NCBI GenBank assembly: GCA_963695855.1
Contig: CAVOHZ010000010.1
Coordinates: forward strand, 544,001 to 608,000
Length of the DNA stretch: 64,000 nucleotides
Reading direction: 5' to 3'
Origin: an uncultured Nitrososphaerales archaeon
Lineage (GTDB): Archaea; Thermoproteota; Nitrososphaeria; Nitrososphaerales; Nitrososphaeraceae
The position numbers were made by a program, and so were the translations under genes. Position 1 is the stretch's first letter, and each line of letters opens with the position of its first letter. Below are positions 9,920 to 20,539 of this stretch, one piece after another. The notes beneath the pieces were generated by a model, which searched no databases, was not told the DNA's origin, and was given only the letters and a program-made list of their open reading frames with translations.

Positions 9920-11425
9920 TTGAAATACCAAATATTGCAAATATTATTGATGATTCCTAGCATAACGGTAGCAGGAACTACAAGTGGAGTAGGTAAGACT
10001 TTTGTTACATTGGGAATTTTATACAAATTGAAGAAAATGCGTTATAGAATTCAATCATTCAAGGTAGGTCCTGATTTTATCGATCCATCTTATCATTCTG
10101 TAATTACAGATACTTATTCCTATAACCTTGACACCTGGTTGATGGGAAAGAAAGGAGTGTTAGATACATTTGAGAGAGTAACAAAAAATGCGGACATTGC
10201 TGTAATTGAAGGTGTTATGGGATTGTATGATGGAGCAGGAGGAAAAAATGATATTGCAAGTACTTCAGAAATGGTCAAGATACTGAAATCCCAAGTAATT
10301 TTGGTTATCGATTCCAGTAAAGCCGCAAGATCTATTGCAGCAATGGCTTATGGATATATTCTATTTGATATGAAAATAAAAATCGCAGGGATCATCCTAA
10401 ATAATGTAGCAAGTAAAAGACATTATACCTTCATTAAAGATTCATTTGCCAACAAAATAAAGGCACCAATAATTGGAGTAATTTACAGAAATAATGATTT
10501 CGTTTTGTCCGAAAGACATTTAGGTTTAATTCCTGTTCCAGAACTGGAAGGTGAACAGAGAAATAAGGTATTGGATGCTGCAAAGATTATTGCAGATTGT
10601 ATTAAGATTGAGGAAATCATAGACTTACTAAACATTACCAAAAATAGTCAGCAAATAGATATTAAAGATCCAATTTATAATATAAAACCAGATCTGAAAG
10701 TAGCAGTTGCTTTAGATAGTTCTTTTAATTTTTATTACAGAGAGAATTTGGACAGATTAAGGGAAAATAATGTAGAAATTGTTTTTTTTAGCCCAATTAA
10801 GGATAAAAAACTGCCTGAAAATATCGGAGGGATCATCATAGGAGGAGGCTTTCCTGAAATATTGTCAAAACAATTATCTGAAAACCGTTCAATTTTAAAG
10901 GAGATCAAGAAGGCAGGAGAAAAGAAAGAAATTCCTATATATGCAGAATGTGGAGGACTTATGTATTTAACAAAAACCATAACAGAAAAATTAAATTCCT
11001 TGGAACAAAAAGAAGATAATAGCAATAAAAATAAAATCCCTAAAAAAGAGCACAAAAAAAATCTGGATAGAGTCTCTGACAATCCAAGAAAACCCAAAAA
11101 ATATGAGATGGTTGGACTTATAGATGCAACAACAGAGATGACAAGAAACCTTGTGTTAAATTATACAAAGGCAGAGATAATAACAGAATCAATTTATGGA
11201 AAAGGGGGCCTTTTTAAAGGACATGAATTTCACTTTTCCAAAATTCAAGACATACCAAATGATTCTGTGTTTATATACAAGTTATCAAAGGGTAACGGGA
11301 TTTATGCAAACATGGATGGACTTTTAACGTACAATACGTTGGCTTCTTATATGCATTTACATTTTACGAACAGCAGATATGCAGAAAGAATAGTTAATGC
11401 ATGTAGGTCTTATTTGAAAAAATAA
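9920..11425 (+). CDS. cbiA: Cobyrinate a,c-diamide synthase
   Basis: SGVGKT, FKVGPDFIDP, EGVMGLYDG, ERHLGL, AECGGLMYL, GHEFH; true start probably ATG 9950. Confidence 0.95.
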   Translation: MKYQILQILLMIPSITVAGTTSGVGKTFVTLGILYKLKKMRYRIQSFKVGPDFIDPSYHSVITDTYSYNLDTWLMGKKGVLDTFERVTKNADIAVIEGVMGLYDGAGGKNDIASTSEMVKILKSQVILVIDSSKAARSIAAMAYGYILFDMKIKIAGIILNNVASKRHYTFIKDSFANKIKAPIIGVIYRNNDFVLSERHLGLIPVPELEGEQRNKVLDAAKIIADCIKIEEIIDLLNITKNSQQIDIKDPIYNIKPDLKVAVALDSSFNFYYRENLDRLRENNVEIVFFSPIKDKKLPENIGGIIIGGGFPEILSKQLSENRSILKEIKKAGEKKEIPIYAECGGLMYLTKTITEKLNSLEQKEDNSNKNKIPKKEHKKNLDRVSDNPRKPKKYEMVGLIDATTEMTRNLVLNYTKAEIITESIYGKGGLFKGHEFHFSKIQDIPNDSVFIYKLSKGNGIYANMDGLLTYNTLASYMHLHFTNSRYAERIVNACRSYLKK

Positions 11426-11562
11426 TTTATGCACTTAATACGACAGTTTAAACTAAAATTGATTATTGTCATTAAAAAGAATTTTATAAAGAATTGATCT
11501 TTATTAATAAAAAAAATTAGAATAGTTTTTATTAAATTTTTTGTACTTTTTACATAAAAAGA

Positions 11563-12589
11563 TTGAAATTTCTAAACTACTCCGAATCTACTCTCTTTCT
11601 AGAGGATATTGATGAACCTGTACCAAAAAAAGGAGAAATGCTAGTGAGAATAGAAGGATGTGGTATTTGTGGGTCTGATATAGGAAATGTTTTCGGAAAT
11701 TCCTGTAAACCTACCTCAAAATTGGGACATGAGAATCGTTGGAATTCTAGAAAAATTTGACAGTGATGTCAATGCTGAAGCGTTTAGTATAGGAGAAAGA
11801 GTATTTGTCCACCATCATGCTCCATGCAATCAATGTTATTTTTGCAATAAAGGAAATGAGACAATGTGCGAGAAATTTACTGATTCTCTATATCCTTGTG
11901 GAATATCTGAAAAAATAGTCATTCCAGAATGGATAGTGAAAAGTGACTCTATATTTAGGTTACCAGAATCTTTAAGTCCCGAAGATGGTATAATGATAGA
12001 ACCATTAGCGTGTTGTATTAGAGGATGGAAAAAGGTAAAATTACTAGAAGGCGATACAATTCTAATTTTCGGTATCGGTCCGATAGGGATGATAAATGCA
12101 ATGTTAGCCAAGATCAAGGGAGCTCGAAAAATATTTTGTGTTGATATAAACGAGTATAGACTTGAATATAATGATAGATTGAATCTCGGAAAATCTTTCA
12201 ATTCAAAGAAAGTAAAAATAGCAAACATCGTTCCTACCAGCAGTGAAGAGTTTGTAGATATGGTAATAATCGCAACTTCAGATTTGAGTGTCCTAAATGA
12301 TTCAATCAAAATAATAAGAAAGGGCGGTATTATTCTTATATTTGGTGAACCTCAAAGGGAAACGAAAATTGATCTAAACATTCATGAAATTTATTCCAAG
12401 GAAATTAGTATCATTACTACATATGCAGCAACCAATAAAGAGATAAGAGAGGCAATTGAACTGATTGATAAGAAAATAATAAATGTGAAAAAAATAGTCA
12501 CTCATAAATTTTTAATAAAACAATCAAAAGAAGCCATCGAACGGATATTTCGGAAAAAAGACACATTGAAAACGATGATAACAAATTGA
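11563..12589 (+). CDS. Zn-dependent (MDR family) dehydrogenase split by an apparent +1 frameshift at about 11734
   Basis: CGICGSD and LGHE in ORF 11563-11760; CxxCxxCx7C, EPLAC and GIGPIG in ORF 11687-12589; removing one A gives LGHEIVG. Confidence 0.88.
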
Positions 12590-13150
12590 GAAATAAATCC
12601 AGATAAAGAGGTCTAATTTATTCACATACGTGAGTATAAATGGTAGCAATTTGAGGATTATTGTTGTTTCTTTACTTCAATCCCTTTGCGAAAAGCGATA
12701 TGACCGTTTATGTTTTTAGCTTCTTCTAGTGAATCCGGATAGTAGCAGTTTTAATGTTAATGAATTTTCTATGAGTTTATTATAAAATTTATAAAATAAA
12801 AAAAAATAAGAAAGTGAATATTACTATAATTTTTCAACCTAATATGAAGATTATTTCACCAAAAGATAAGATTGATGATCACAGTCAATTTTGAGATATT
12901 TCTAAAGAGGCAATTTATGTGTCTTGTTGTGTTAATCATCATTCCTAACACATTTAACCAATCTATTATAGACATATTGTAAGTTAAACTTGAAATACAA
13001 TGGTTCGCTGGTAAAGAGGGTAATATTGTTTGTAAATTTGATGAATAAGAAAGATTGTATAAACGAGTTGCATGAGATAGCATATTTATTATAATGAAAT
13101 ATCATTTTGGTTAAACAAAAATTAGTTATAAAATAAAAATGTCATTAATT

Positions 13151-13188
13151 TTTCTCGATAATAGAAGATTTTCTTGATAATAGAAGAT
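13151..13188. repeat. 19-bp tandem duplication (TTTCTYGATAATAGAAGAT x2, one mismatch)
   Basis: Read directly in intergenic sequence. Confidence 0.75.
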
Positions 13189-13236
13189 ACAATGGATCAG
13201 TATAAAAATCTCATCTGAAACTCCAATTTCACTTAA

Positions 13237-13671
13237 TTATGTTAATTCGATCTTTTTCTTGAGAGAATTATTCATCGATTCAAAGCTCGCAAGGATATCT
13301 TCCTCCATTTTTTTGGGTGAAAATTTAAGTCCAAGGCCAGAAAACATCTCTCTGTTAGTAAAATTTACCTCAGTTTCTGAAATTTTATCTATAGTTAATA
13401 CCCGTTCCCCACTGAAGATTGCCGATGAAAAAAACTTACCATACCATCTTATTTCGTGGGGAGCCTGTACTTTTATAATTTTAGGATGGTATACTCTATT
13501 TTTGCCTCCAACTGTAGTCAAGTGCACACCTATCTTTGTTCCAACCTTTGGTTCGCCTGTAATCTTTTTAATAATTGGATTCCATTGATAATAATTTTGA
13601 AAATCTGAGATTACATTCCACACTTTTTCTGCAGAAGCTAGAATTTTTATTTCAGCTTTTATCTCCTTCAA
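13237..13671 (-). CDS. SRPBCC/polyketide cyclase-dehydrase family protein
   Basis: I.ASAEKVWNVISDF..Y.QWNP N-terminus and FESMNNSLKKKIE C-terminal helix. Confidence 0.88.
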   Translation of the reverse strand: MKEIKAEIKILASAEKVWNVISDFQNYYQWNPIIKKITGEPKVGTKIGVHLTTVGGKNRVYHPKIIKVQAPHEIRWYGKFFSSAIFSGERVLTIDKISETEVNFTNREMFSGLGLKFSPKKMEEDILASFESMNNSLKKKIELT

Positions 13672-14246
13672 TTAAATCTTGATCTGTGACTAATCATTAT
13701 TAAATATGATTGATAAAAAATAATTTTTTGTTTGGTATACATCCCTTGATTTACTACAAATCATAACAGTTTTGTAACAACTCATCTGCTTTGTTTTGAT
13801 AAGCAATTAGGATTATTTTTTTCTTAATTTTATAATATACAACTAATTTTACTTGGAGTTATATTAGCATTCTTGTTTATACTATTTGTCTACTATTAAA
13901 AAATAAGTCACAACTTTACGTTCATGATCATTGTGCTTTGCATTTTCCCTAATATCCTATAGATTATTAGTGGATTCAAAAACCAATAGAATTTTAACAT
14001 AAATTAAGAACTTTTGAATTATTTTAACAACCAAACCCAGGGTAACCAAATGTTCTGTTTAGAAGGATTGGCTAACATTAGGCATAAGAAGTTGTATTTG
14101 AATATGACCTAGAGGTCATGCTGTAATATCTAGCCCATTATTACCACTATTGTTTATGCCTTTATTTTGAGTGTTAATCATAAAACATATGAAAAATATT
14201 CTGCTATCTATAAAATACCATCCATACTCCTTGTGTAATTGTCGTG

Positions 14247-14885
14247 TTAACCTTCCTCCCCATGGAGATATAAAAGCAATAAAGCATTGATAATCGACGA
14301 GGCTACAGCACTTCCTCCTTTTCGCCCGATATTTGTGATACTAGGAACTGTGGTTTTTAAAAGCTCTGTTTTTGATTCAACAGCGGAAACAAAACCAACT
14401 GGAACGCCAATCACCAAATTGGGTTTTGTTATCCCTTCATTAACCATTTTTATAGTTTCATACAATGATGTTGGAGCGTTGCCGATAACAACTATTCCAC
14501 CATTCATAGATGATGCAGAACTTCTCATAGCCACCTCTGCTCTAGTTTTATTATATTTCTTTGCTTCTTCAATTATGGTAGGATCAGATATTTTACACAG
14601 GGATTTTAAATTTAGTTGAGTTAAGGAATTTTTTGAAATCCCTGATCTAACCATCTCTACGTCAGTGACTATATTACAACCAGTCTTGAGTGCATTAAAA
14701 GCAGATGCAACAGGATTATAACTGAATATTATTTTTTCTCGTCCTGCAAAATCGAAATCAGCCGTAGCATGTATCACTCTTCTAACTATAGGCCATTCAT
14801 ACCTTTCATCATATCCATGATTTCCAATCTCATCTTCTATTATTTTAAAACTAGTCTTTTCAATATCAAAGGATTTAATGGACAT
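14247..14885 (-). CDS. cbiC: Cobalt-precorrin-8 methylmutase
   Basis: IE..SF.II, RVIHATAD, IGNAPT, GVPVGFV, GRKGGS; start moved to ATG 14885 because the longer ORF overlaps cbiX. Confidence 0.93.
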   Translation of the reverse strand: MSIKSFDIEKTSFKIIEDEIGNHGYDERYEWPIVRRVIHATADFDFAGREKIIFSYNPVASAFNALKTGCNIVTDVEMVRSGISKNSLTQLNLKSLCKISDPTIIEEAKKYNKTRAEVAMRSSASSMNGGIVVIGNAPTSLYETIKMVNEGITKPNLVIGVPVGFVSAVESKTELLKTTVPSITNIGRKGGSAVASSIINALLLLYLHGEEG

Positions 14886-14940
14886 CACCCTATTTTCCGC
14901 CGATTCATTCTGATTTTTGGATTCTGTTCCTATTCTTCTT

Positions 14941-15699
14941 TCATACAATTCTTCTATCTTCTGACTCCTTTGCACGTTCTAATACAATGTCAATCATATT
15001 TTCATCAACACCGATATGATCTGAAATATGTAGTTCAAAAAAAGGATATTTCGCAAGCACTTCTTTTATCTCTTTTTTGACATCACTTTTTATATGTATT
15101 CCTTTATGTAGAAAATAGGGCATTACCAATATAACTTTAGGATTTGTTTTAATCAGTGATGAGAGTGCCTGTTCTATGTTTGGCAGGTCGAGTTCTAAGA
15201 AACAGAATTTTACATTCCGATAATTTTTTTTTATTTTATCTACCGTGAAAATGAAAGCTTCTCTGGCTCGTTTATCTGAACTTCCGTGTCCTATTACCAA
15301 AACATCGCAGTCAGGATTGTTATAGGAAATTTTTTTATCTTGTTTTAATTTCTCAATCTTATTGACAATGATAGAAGAGAGCCTATCAGAATAACTCAAG
15401 GGCTTGGTAATAACTAGCTTTAATCCCAACCTTTTACATATAATGGCACTTTGTTTTACAGATTCCTTCAGTTTCATGCCAGGATATAAAAAATAAGGCA
15501 TTATTGTGATAAAATCTACTTTTTGATCTACGCATCCTCTGATGCCCTCTTCAATAAAAGGTGGAACAACCTCTAAAAAACAATAATTTGTATAATTATA
15601 ATTCCCTTTCTCCTTTACAATTTTAGATATCTGATCTAACTCCAATCTTACTTCCCTTTCCTTGCTTCCCCTGTCAATTAATAAAAGAGCTTTACGCAC
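14941..15699 (-). CDS. cbiX: Sirohydrochlorin cobaltochelatase (two CbiX domains)
   Basis: Duplicated (H/R)GS..CFLE..P..PYFL..G.H pattern; cbi context. Confidence 0.88.
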   Translation of the reverse strand: MRKALLLIDRGSKEREVRLELDQISKIVKEKGNYNYTNYCFLEVVPPFIEEGIRGCVDQKVDFITIMPYFLYPGMKLKESVKQSAIICKRLGLKLVITKPLSYSDRLSSIIVNKIEKLKQDKKISYNNPDCDVLVIGHGSSDKRAREAFIFTVDKIKKNYRNVKFCFLELDLPNIEQALSSLIKTNPKVILVMPYFLHKGIHIKSDVKKEIKEVLAKYPFFELHISDHIGVDENMIDIVLERAKESEDRRIV

Positions 15700-15701
15700 T
15701 T

Positions 15702-16802
15702 TTACTCAAAACCCACTTTCGATATAGCTATAGTCAAATTAGGTGGAAATTTTTGCTTCGGTACTTCAAGCGTTCCATGAGAGTACAACAAAGATGAAGC
15801 CTCAGAAACACTTGCGACTCCTTCATATTTTTTTACTATCTCGGAAGGATTTGGAACATCAATCCTGGCCAGATCATCTTTAGAATAGAGATAAAGTGGA
15901 ATATTATTTCCTTCGCAGAACTCTCTCAATCCTTTAACTTCGACATTCTTTTTAATTGAGGTAATTGCTTTGATACAAGAAAAACTGAAGGAATTTTTTT
16001 GAAGTATAGATGATAGTCCTTCCATTATCTCATCTTTTGTTATATTCCAGTGAACCCCAACTCCAACCACAAGAGTTTTTGGTCTATATATTACTGATTT
16101 TGATAAGATATTAGTGTCTGAAATTATTTTGTCTGAAATAATCAGACATCCTTTGAAGGAATTGTCATGAATTGCCTCAAGACTATGTACAATGGTTACG
16201 TTTTCTGGAAGGTTATTCATATCCCACCAGTTTCTTTCTCCTGAATCCTGGAAAATCGCTATTTTCTCTTCATTTACCATTAATCCACAGGTTTTCGTTA
16301 CATTTTCAAAATTTTCTATATTCCATCCTAACTCTTTTCCGAGCAGATCTACAGATATTGTTTTATTGACATCTGCTGCAGTCGTTATAACAGGAGTGGA
16401 ATTTAGAATAGATGCTATATTTCGTGTCAGTGCATTTGCGCCTCCAAGATGACCTGATAGGGCACTTATTACGAAATTGGATTTATCATCTATCACAAGT
16501 ACCGCAGGATCACTTTTTTTATCCACCAATAAATTCGATATCAGACGTACAACAGCCCCTAGTGAAAAAATACATATCAATGCTTCATTGGATTTAAATA
16601 AATCTACAATTACTTTAGTTACAGGTTCCTTGAACCATATGATGCTGGTCTGATTATTATCAAGGCGAAATTTTTCAGGCGCATATATCGAAGCTTCAGG
16701 AATATTTTTTTTTATCAATTTAGAAATCGTAATACCGTTTTTTGTAATCGCAAGGACCGCAATTTTATCTCGCTTTTTCAATATGGTATGAATTGAATAC
16801 AT
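15702..16802 (-). CDS. cbiG: Cobalt-precorrin-5A hydrolase
   Basis: DKKSDPAVLVID, LSGHLGGAN, PVITTA, SVSEAS. Confidence 0.92.
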   Translation of the reverse strand: MYSIHTILKKRDKIAVLAITKNGITISKLIKKNIPEASIYAPEKFRLDNNQTSIIWFKEPVTKVIVDLFKSNEALICIFSLGAVVRLISNLLVDKKSDPAVLVIDDKSNFVISALSGHLGGANALTRNIASILNSTPVITTAADVNKTISVDLLGKELGWNIENFENVTKTCGLMVNEEKIAIFQDSGERNWWDMNNLPENVTIVHSLEAIHDNSFKGCLIISDKIISDTNILSKSVIYRPKTLVVGVGVHWNITKDEIMEGLSSILQKNSFSFSCIKAITSIKKNVEVKGLREFCEGNNIPLYLYSKDDLARIDVPNPSEIVKKYEGVASVSEASSLLYSHGTLEVPKQKFPPNLTIAISKVGFE

Positions 16803-16821
16803 TAGAATTATTTATTTGCTT

Positions 16822-17225
16822 TATTAATAGACGAAAGTATAGTTTCCTACATCCATCTCTGACCATAGCTAACGCCATCATTCCATTTATCAGGGTCACA
16901 TTTATGCATCTTTGCAGTCGAGTTTCTTAGATAGTAATTGATCATTCTACCGCTCAAATTCTTTCTTGCCTATATTATTGCTAGTTTGATTCCGTTAAAT
17001 GATATAAAATTGAAAATTCTTTTACTATCATAGGAGCCATCCATAATAGCAGTATCTATTATTACCCTGTTATTCTTTTTCGTAATATCATTTATCAGTT
17101 CTGCCAATACTTTTCCGTCATGTACTTGTTTATTAGTTACTTTTAACGATAGAATTCTCCTTCTTTTGATATCAACTACTACATGTATCTTTAAATATCG
17201 TCTCTCGACATTTCACTTGACGAAT
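16822..17225 (-). mobile_element. Decayed IS5-family transposase fragment
   Basis: Minus strand reads YLKIHVVVDIKRRRILSLKVTNKQVHDGKVL, then MDGSYDSK and KWNDGVSYGQRWM*ETILS with stops and frameshifts; typical IS5 DDE segments. Confidence 0.75.
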
Positions 17226-17782
17226 TCTTATAATATGTCTATAGTAGATTGGCTATTTGTGTTAGTAAGAGTGACCTGTGAAAGGTATTTAATAGCCAAT
17301 ATTTATTAGGATTTCGAGATCTATATCGATTATTATTAGAATTTTGAATTTTGTTGAAAATGATGAGATGACAAAAGAAAATTGTAAAAAATATTGTCCG
17401 GAACTTGGGTATTTTAACTTACTATTCACTTTGAATCCTTTGTAATAGTTATCTAGAGTGATTATATTTTCATCTGCTATTGAGTCGACTATTGGTGGAA
17501 TATCCAATAATACAAATCTCGTCATAAATATTCTAGAAAGGTAAGTGTTAACTTAGTCAATGAAATTCACCTAGAAGAATGTTTTTAAATAGTGCACTCT
17601 CGAATTTGCTATATCAGATACTAAACATAAAGACAGTAAAAATAATGAACAGACCCATGGCAATCAAATACGTATAAAATTTAGTCGTAAGATATGTCAT
17701 AATACTAACAAATTGTATTTATTAAACTATTACAACTTCTCAAATAACTTGTAAATAGGTATAAATAAAATGAGTATGTTGG

Positions 17783-17798
17783 CACAAAGGTTTATAAA
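17783..17798 (+). promoter_or_regulatory. Archaeal BRE/TATA promoter (CACAAAGG-TTTATAAA) for the Rieske-cytochrome b operon, probably leaderless
   Basis: TTTATAAA at 17791-17798, about 24-31 nt before ATG 17822, preceded by a purine-rich BRE-like stretch. Confidence 0.6.
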
Positions 17799-17821
17799 AT
17801 ATTTTTTCATCTGCTATATTA

Positions 17822-18433
17822 ATGTCTGGACAACCCGCATCAAGCGGTGATGGTAAGGTTTCTAGAAGAGATTTCTTGAAATTATTGGCTGCGGCGGGAA
17901 CTGTCGTGACGTTTACACCTTTTATTGATTGGGGTAAGTATCTGCCTAATCCCGCTGGTTCAGCAAATGAAAAAGGAAAGGTTGAGCTACCTGATGGTGA
18001 GCAAGCTAATGTAAAAACCTTTAAGGTAAACCATTCTGAAGCTATTATCTATCCAAAATCTGATGATCCAGCATTAAATGAAGAAGCTTTTAGGACATGG
18101 CAATTTATCCGCCTTCCATCTGAGTTGGGAGGAGATAAAAATGACGCGTCTGCATTTAGGGTCTATAGTATGGTTTGTTTACATTTGTGGTGTTTATGGA
18201 AATACTGGCCAGGTGAAGGAAGAAAAAGAGGAGAATGTCCCTGTCACGGAAGCTTATATGATCCCTTAACTGGAAAGGCATTCGCAGGTCCCGCTTCTTT
18301 ACAGTCTCCTCCTTCAAACGTACTTCCAAAGTTAGATGTGGAAGTAGACAAAGACGGCAATGTTTGGATTCTTCCTCCTAATTGGAGTGTTAATGGCAAT
18401 GGGGTAGTGGGATTTGGACGCTTCATTACATAA
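17822..18433 (+). CDS. petC: Rieske 2Fe-2S subunit of complex III, Tat-exported
   Basis: SRRDFLK twin-arginine signal; CLHLWC and CPCHGS Rieske boxes. Confidence 0.93.
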   Translation: MSGQPASSGDGKVSRRDFLKLLAAAGTVVTFTPFIDWGKYLPNPAGSANEKGKVELPDGEQANVKTFKVNHSEAIIYPKSDDPALNEEAFRTWQFIRLPSELGGDKNDASAFRVYSMVCLHLWCLWKYWPGEGRKRGECPCHGSLYDPLTGKAFAGPASLQSPPSNVLPKLDVEVDKDGNVWILPPNWSVNGNGVVGFGRFIT

Positions 18434-19955
18434 CGAAAATAGTCTTGTTAGACTATTCAGGTGGATTTATGGTGGATTAGACAGAACAATATTTATGGGA
18501 ATGAAATTTACTTTTCCAACTCGATTTGTGAGTCCACTTGGTTTCCTTGGTATGCTTACTTTTATTCTTTTTATTATATTGGGTATTACTGGTGCATTGC
18601 TGATGCTATGGTATGAACCCATTCTGGATAGGGCGTGGAATAGTGTTGAAAATATCAATGATACAATTCCATATGGCTTTCATATTAGAAATATTCACTA
18701 TCATGCTTCTAATGCAATGGTAATGATGGCTATTCTTCATATGTACTATCAATACTTTAGTGGAAGATATAAGATTAGAAACGAAATTTTATGGGTAACA
18801 GGTATTCTCATTGGTGTTCTTACTATTCTCGAAGCATTTACAGGCTACGATATAATTTTTAGCGAAAGAGCGGAACTTGCTATTTCAATTGCTGCATCTT
18901 TGACTAATTCTATCCCCATTCTTGGTCCTGACATGCGGGCTGCATTTTTTGGAGCTGGTTTTCATGATTTTATATTGCGTTTTTATGCGTTCCATGTATT
19001 TTTTCTGCCTATTGTGTTGATCGGGCTTATGGCTATTCATTTCCCTCGTTTTATGGTCTTTGATGTTCCAATGGTGATGGCCATAGCTGGTGCGGTAATG
19101 ATAACGGGCGGTGTATTTCCTGTTGACATGGGGTTAAAGTTCGACCCTAATGTCCCGCCAGGAATTACCGTTCCAGAGTGGTATCTAACTGGTCTATATG
19201 CATTTCTAAGGTCACAATATGATAAATTCGTTACTGGTGTTGCTTGGCCAGGGTTGTTTATATTTACTCTATTGATAATACCTTTTATTGATAGGTACAA
19301 AAAATTTTCATGGAAAGATAGACCTATTATTACAGCAATAGGTATAACAAGTATTGCTCAAATAGTTGTTACTACTTATTGGGGATTTTACATCGATCCG
19401 GACAGAACAAAGTCTCTTCTTGAAAGATTGGTTATCGATCCTATATTTCTTTATAGTGTAATGATCGCTTTGGTTCCTCTCTCTTTTGGATTTACATATT
19501 TGATGATAAAGTTGGTAAAAAATGCTGAAGCCAATGCTAAAAAGCAACCAAAGAAAGAAGAGGGAACAATAACCCTGCCGGAAAAATGGATCTATTATGT
19601 ATTCGTTGCACTCATTGGTTTCCAAATTTATCTTAATATTGCAGCATATTACGCTGTCCTAAATGGTATGAAAAATATCTCACTGTTTATAATAGGCATT
19701 ATCATGTTGGTCTTCGCAGGAATGTACCATATATATAGACATGGTAGATCAAATGCTGACAATCCTCCTCCTCCTACTATTCCTATTAGACACAAAATAA
19801 AATCAGATGAACAAAAATCTTTAGAGGATAGTTCAATTCCAAAAGACCAATTATCATATGAAAATCAGACTAAAAGTAAGGGGTTACTAAACACGTTATT
19901 GGGTAAAGGAAAGAAAACTCGTAGCAGTTTTGAAAAGATGTGGAATCAAGAATAA
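18414..19955 (+). CDS. petB: Cytochrome b (fused b6/subunit IV type) of complex III
   Basis: Heme-ligand His pairs (RNIHYH..LHMY; AFHVF..IHF), PEWY motif, many TM helices. Confidence 0.93.
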   Translation: MDASLHNENSLVRLFRWIYGGLDRTIFMGMKFTFPTRFVSPLGFLGMLTFILFIILGITGALLMLWYEPILDRAWNSVENINDTIPYGFHIRNIHYHASNAMVMMAILHMYYQYFSGRYKIRNEILWVTGILIGVLTILEAFTGYDIIFSERAELAISIAASLTNSIPILGPDMRAAFFGAGFHDFILRFYAFHVFFLPIVLIGLMAIHFPRFMVFDVPMVMAIAGAVMITGGVFPVDMGLKFDPNVPPGITVPEWYLTGLYAFLRSQYDKFVTGVAWPGLFIFTLLIIPFIDRYKKFSWKDRPIITAIGITSIAQIVVTTYWGFYIDPDRTKSLLERLVIDPIFLYSVMIALVPLSFGFTYLMIKLVKNAEANAKKQPKKEEGTITLPEKWIYYVFVALIGFQIYLNIAAYYAVLNGMKNISLFIIGIIMLVFAGMYHIYRHGRSNADNPPPPTIPIRHKIKSDEQKSLEDSSIPKDQLSYENQTKSKGLLNTLLGKGKKTRSSFEKMWNQE

Positions 19956-20064
19956 TAACTATGGTATATTAAATGTCATTTTTTTCACTACCGAATAAAG
20001 CAAATATTAAAATTTAAATTATGTTTTATTATTAGCTTAGGTATAACAAATAGGCGCTAAAAAA

Positions 20065-20538
20065 ATGGAAAGAGTACAACAAACAAATGTAGGCGGATTA
20101 GCTATTATCTTCTTTATTGTTGCTGTTACAATTAGTATTGCCTTTTATCAATTCATTTATCTAAGTGAATTAAATGCAAAGCCACAAGTTTCAGAAGAAA
20201 TTTCAAATCCTCCTCAATCAGCTGCAATATCTATAACTGAAGGATCGGCATTGCCAAGTAATCCTAAATTTTTCGATCCAAAAGACGCAAGAGCTACTCT
20301 AGAAGTTGACAACAAAGTTGTCTGGACAAATCATGATACTACTGCTCATACTGTCACTACAGACAATGATTATGAGGATAAATTATCTGGAAAATTTGAT
20401 TCAATGGAAACAATAGGTTTGGTGCCACCTGGCGGAACTTTTGACTTCGTATTTACTGAAGACGGTGAATTTCCATATCATTGTGAACCACATCCCTGGA
20501 TGACTGGCATGGTAACAGTTGTAAAGAACTATTCCTAA
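20065..20538 (+). CDS. Membrane-anchored blue copper protein (plastocyanin-like cupredoxin)
   Basis: N-terminal TM helix; AHTVT and YHCEPHPWM type-1 Cu ligands (H,C,H,M). Confidence 0.9.
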   Translation: MERVQQTNVGGLAIIFFIVAVTISIAFYQFIYLSELNAKPQVSEEISNPPQSAAISITEGSALPSNPKFFDPKDARATLEVDNKVVWTNHDTTAHTVTTDNDYEDKLSGKFDSMETIGLVPPGGTFDFVFTEDGEFPYHCEPHPWMTGMVTVVKNYS

Positions 20539-20539
20539 C

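Noticed and set aside
12856-13083. 75-aa minus-strand ORF
   Set aside because: No motif, composition like random AT-rich sequence; cannot be supported
14104-14119. ATGACCT-ag-AGGTCAT inverted repeat
   Set aside because: Single short dyad, not positioned at an identifiable promoter
17289-17525. 78-aa ORF next to the IS5 relic
   Set aside because: No transposase or other recognisable similarity; may be a decayed fragment
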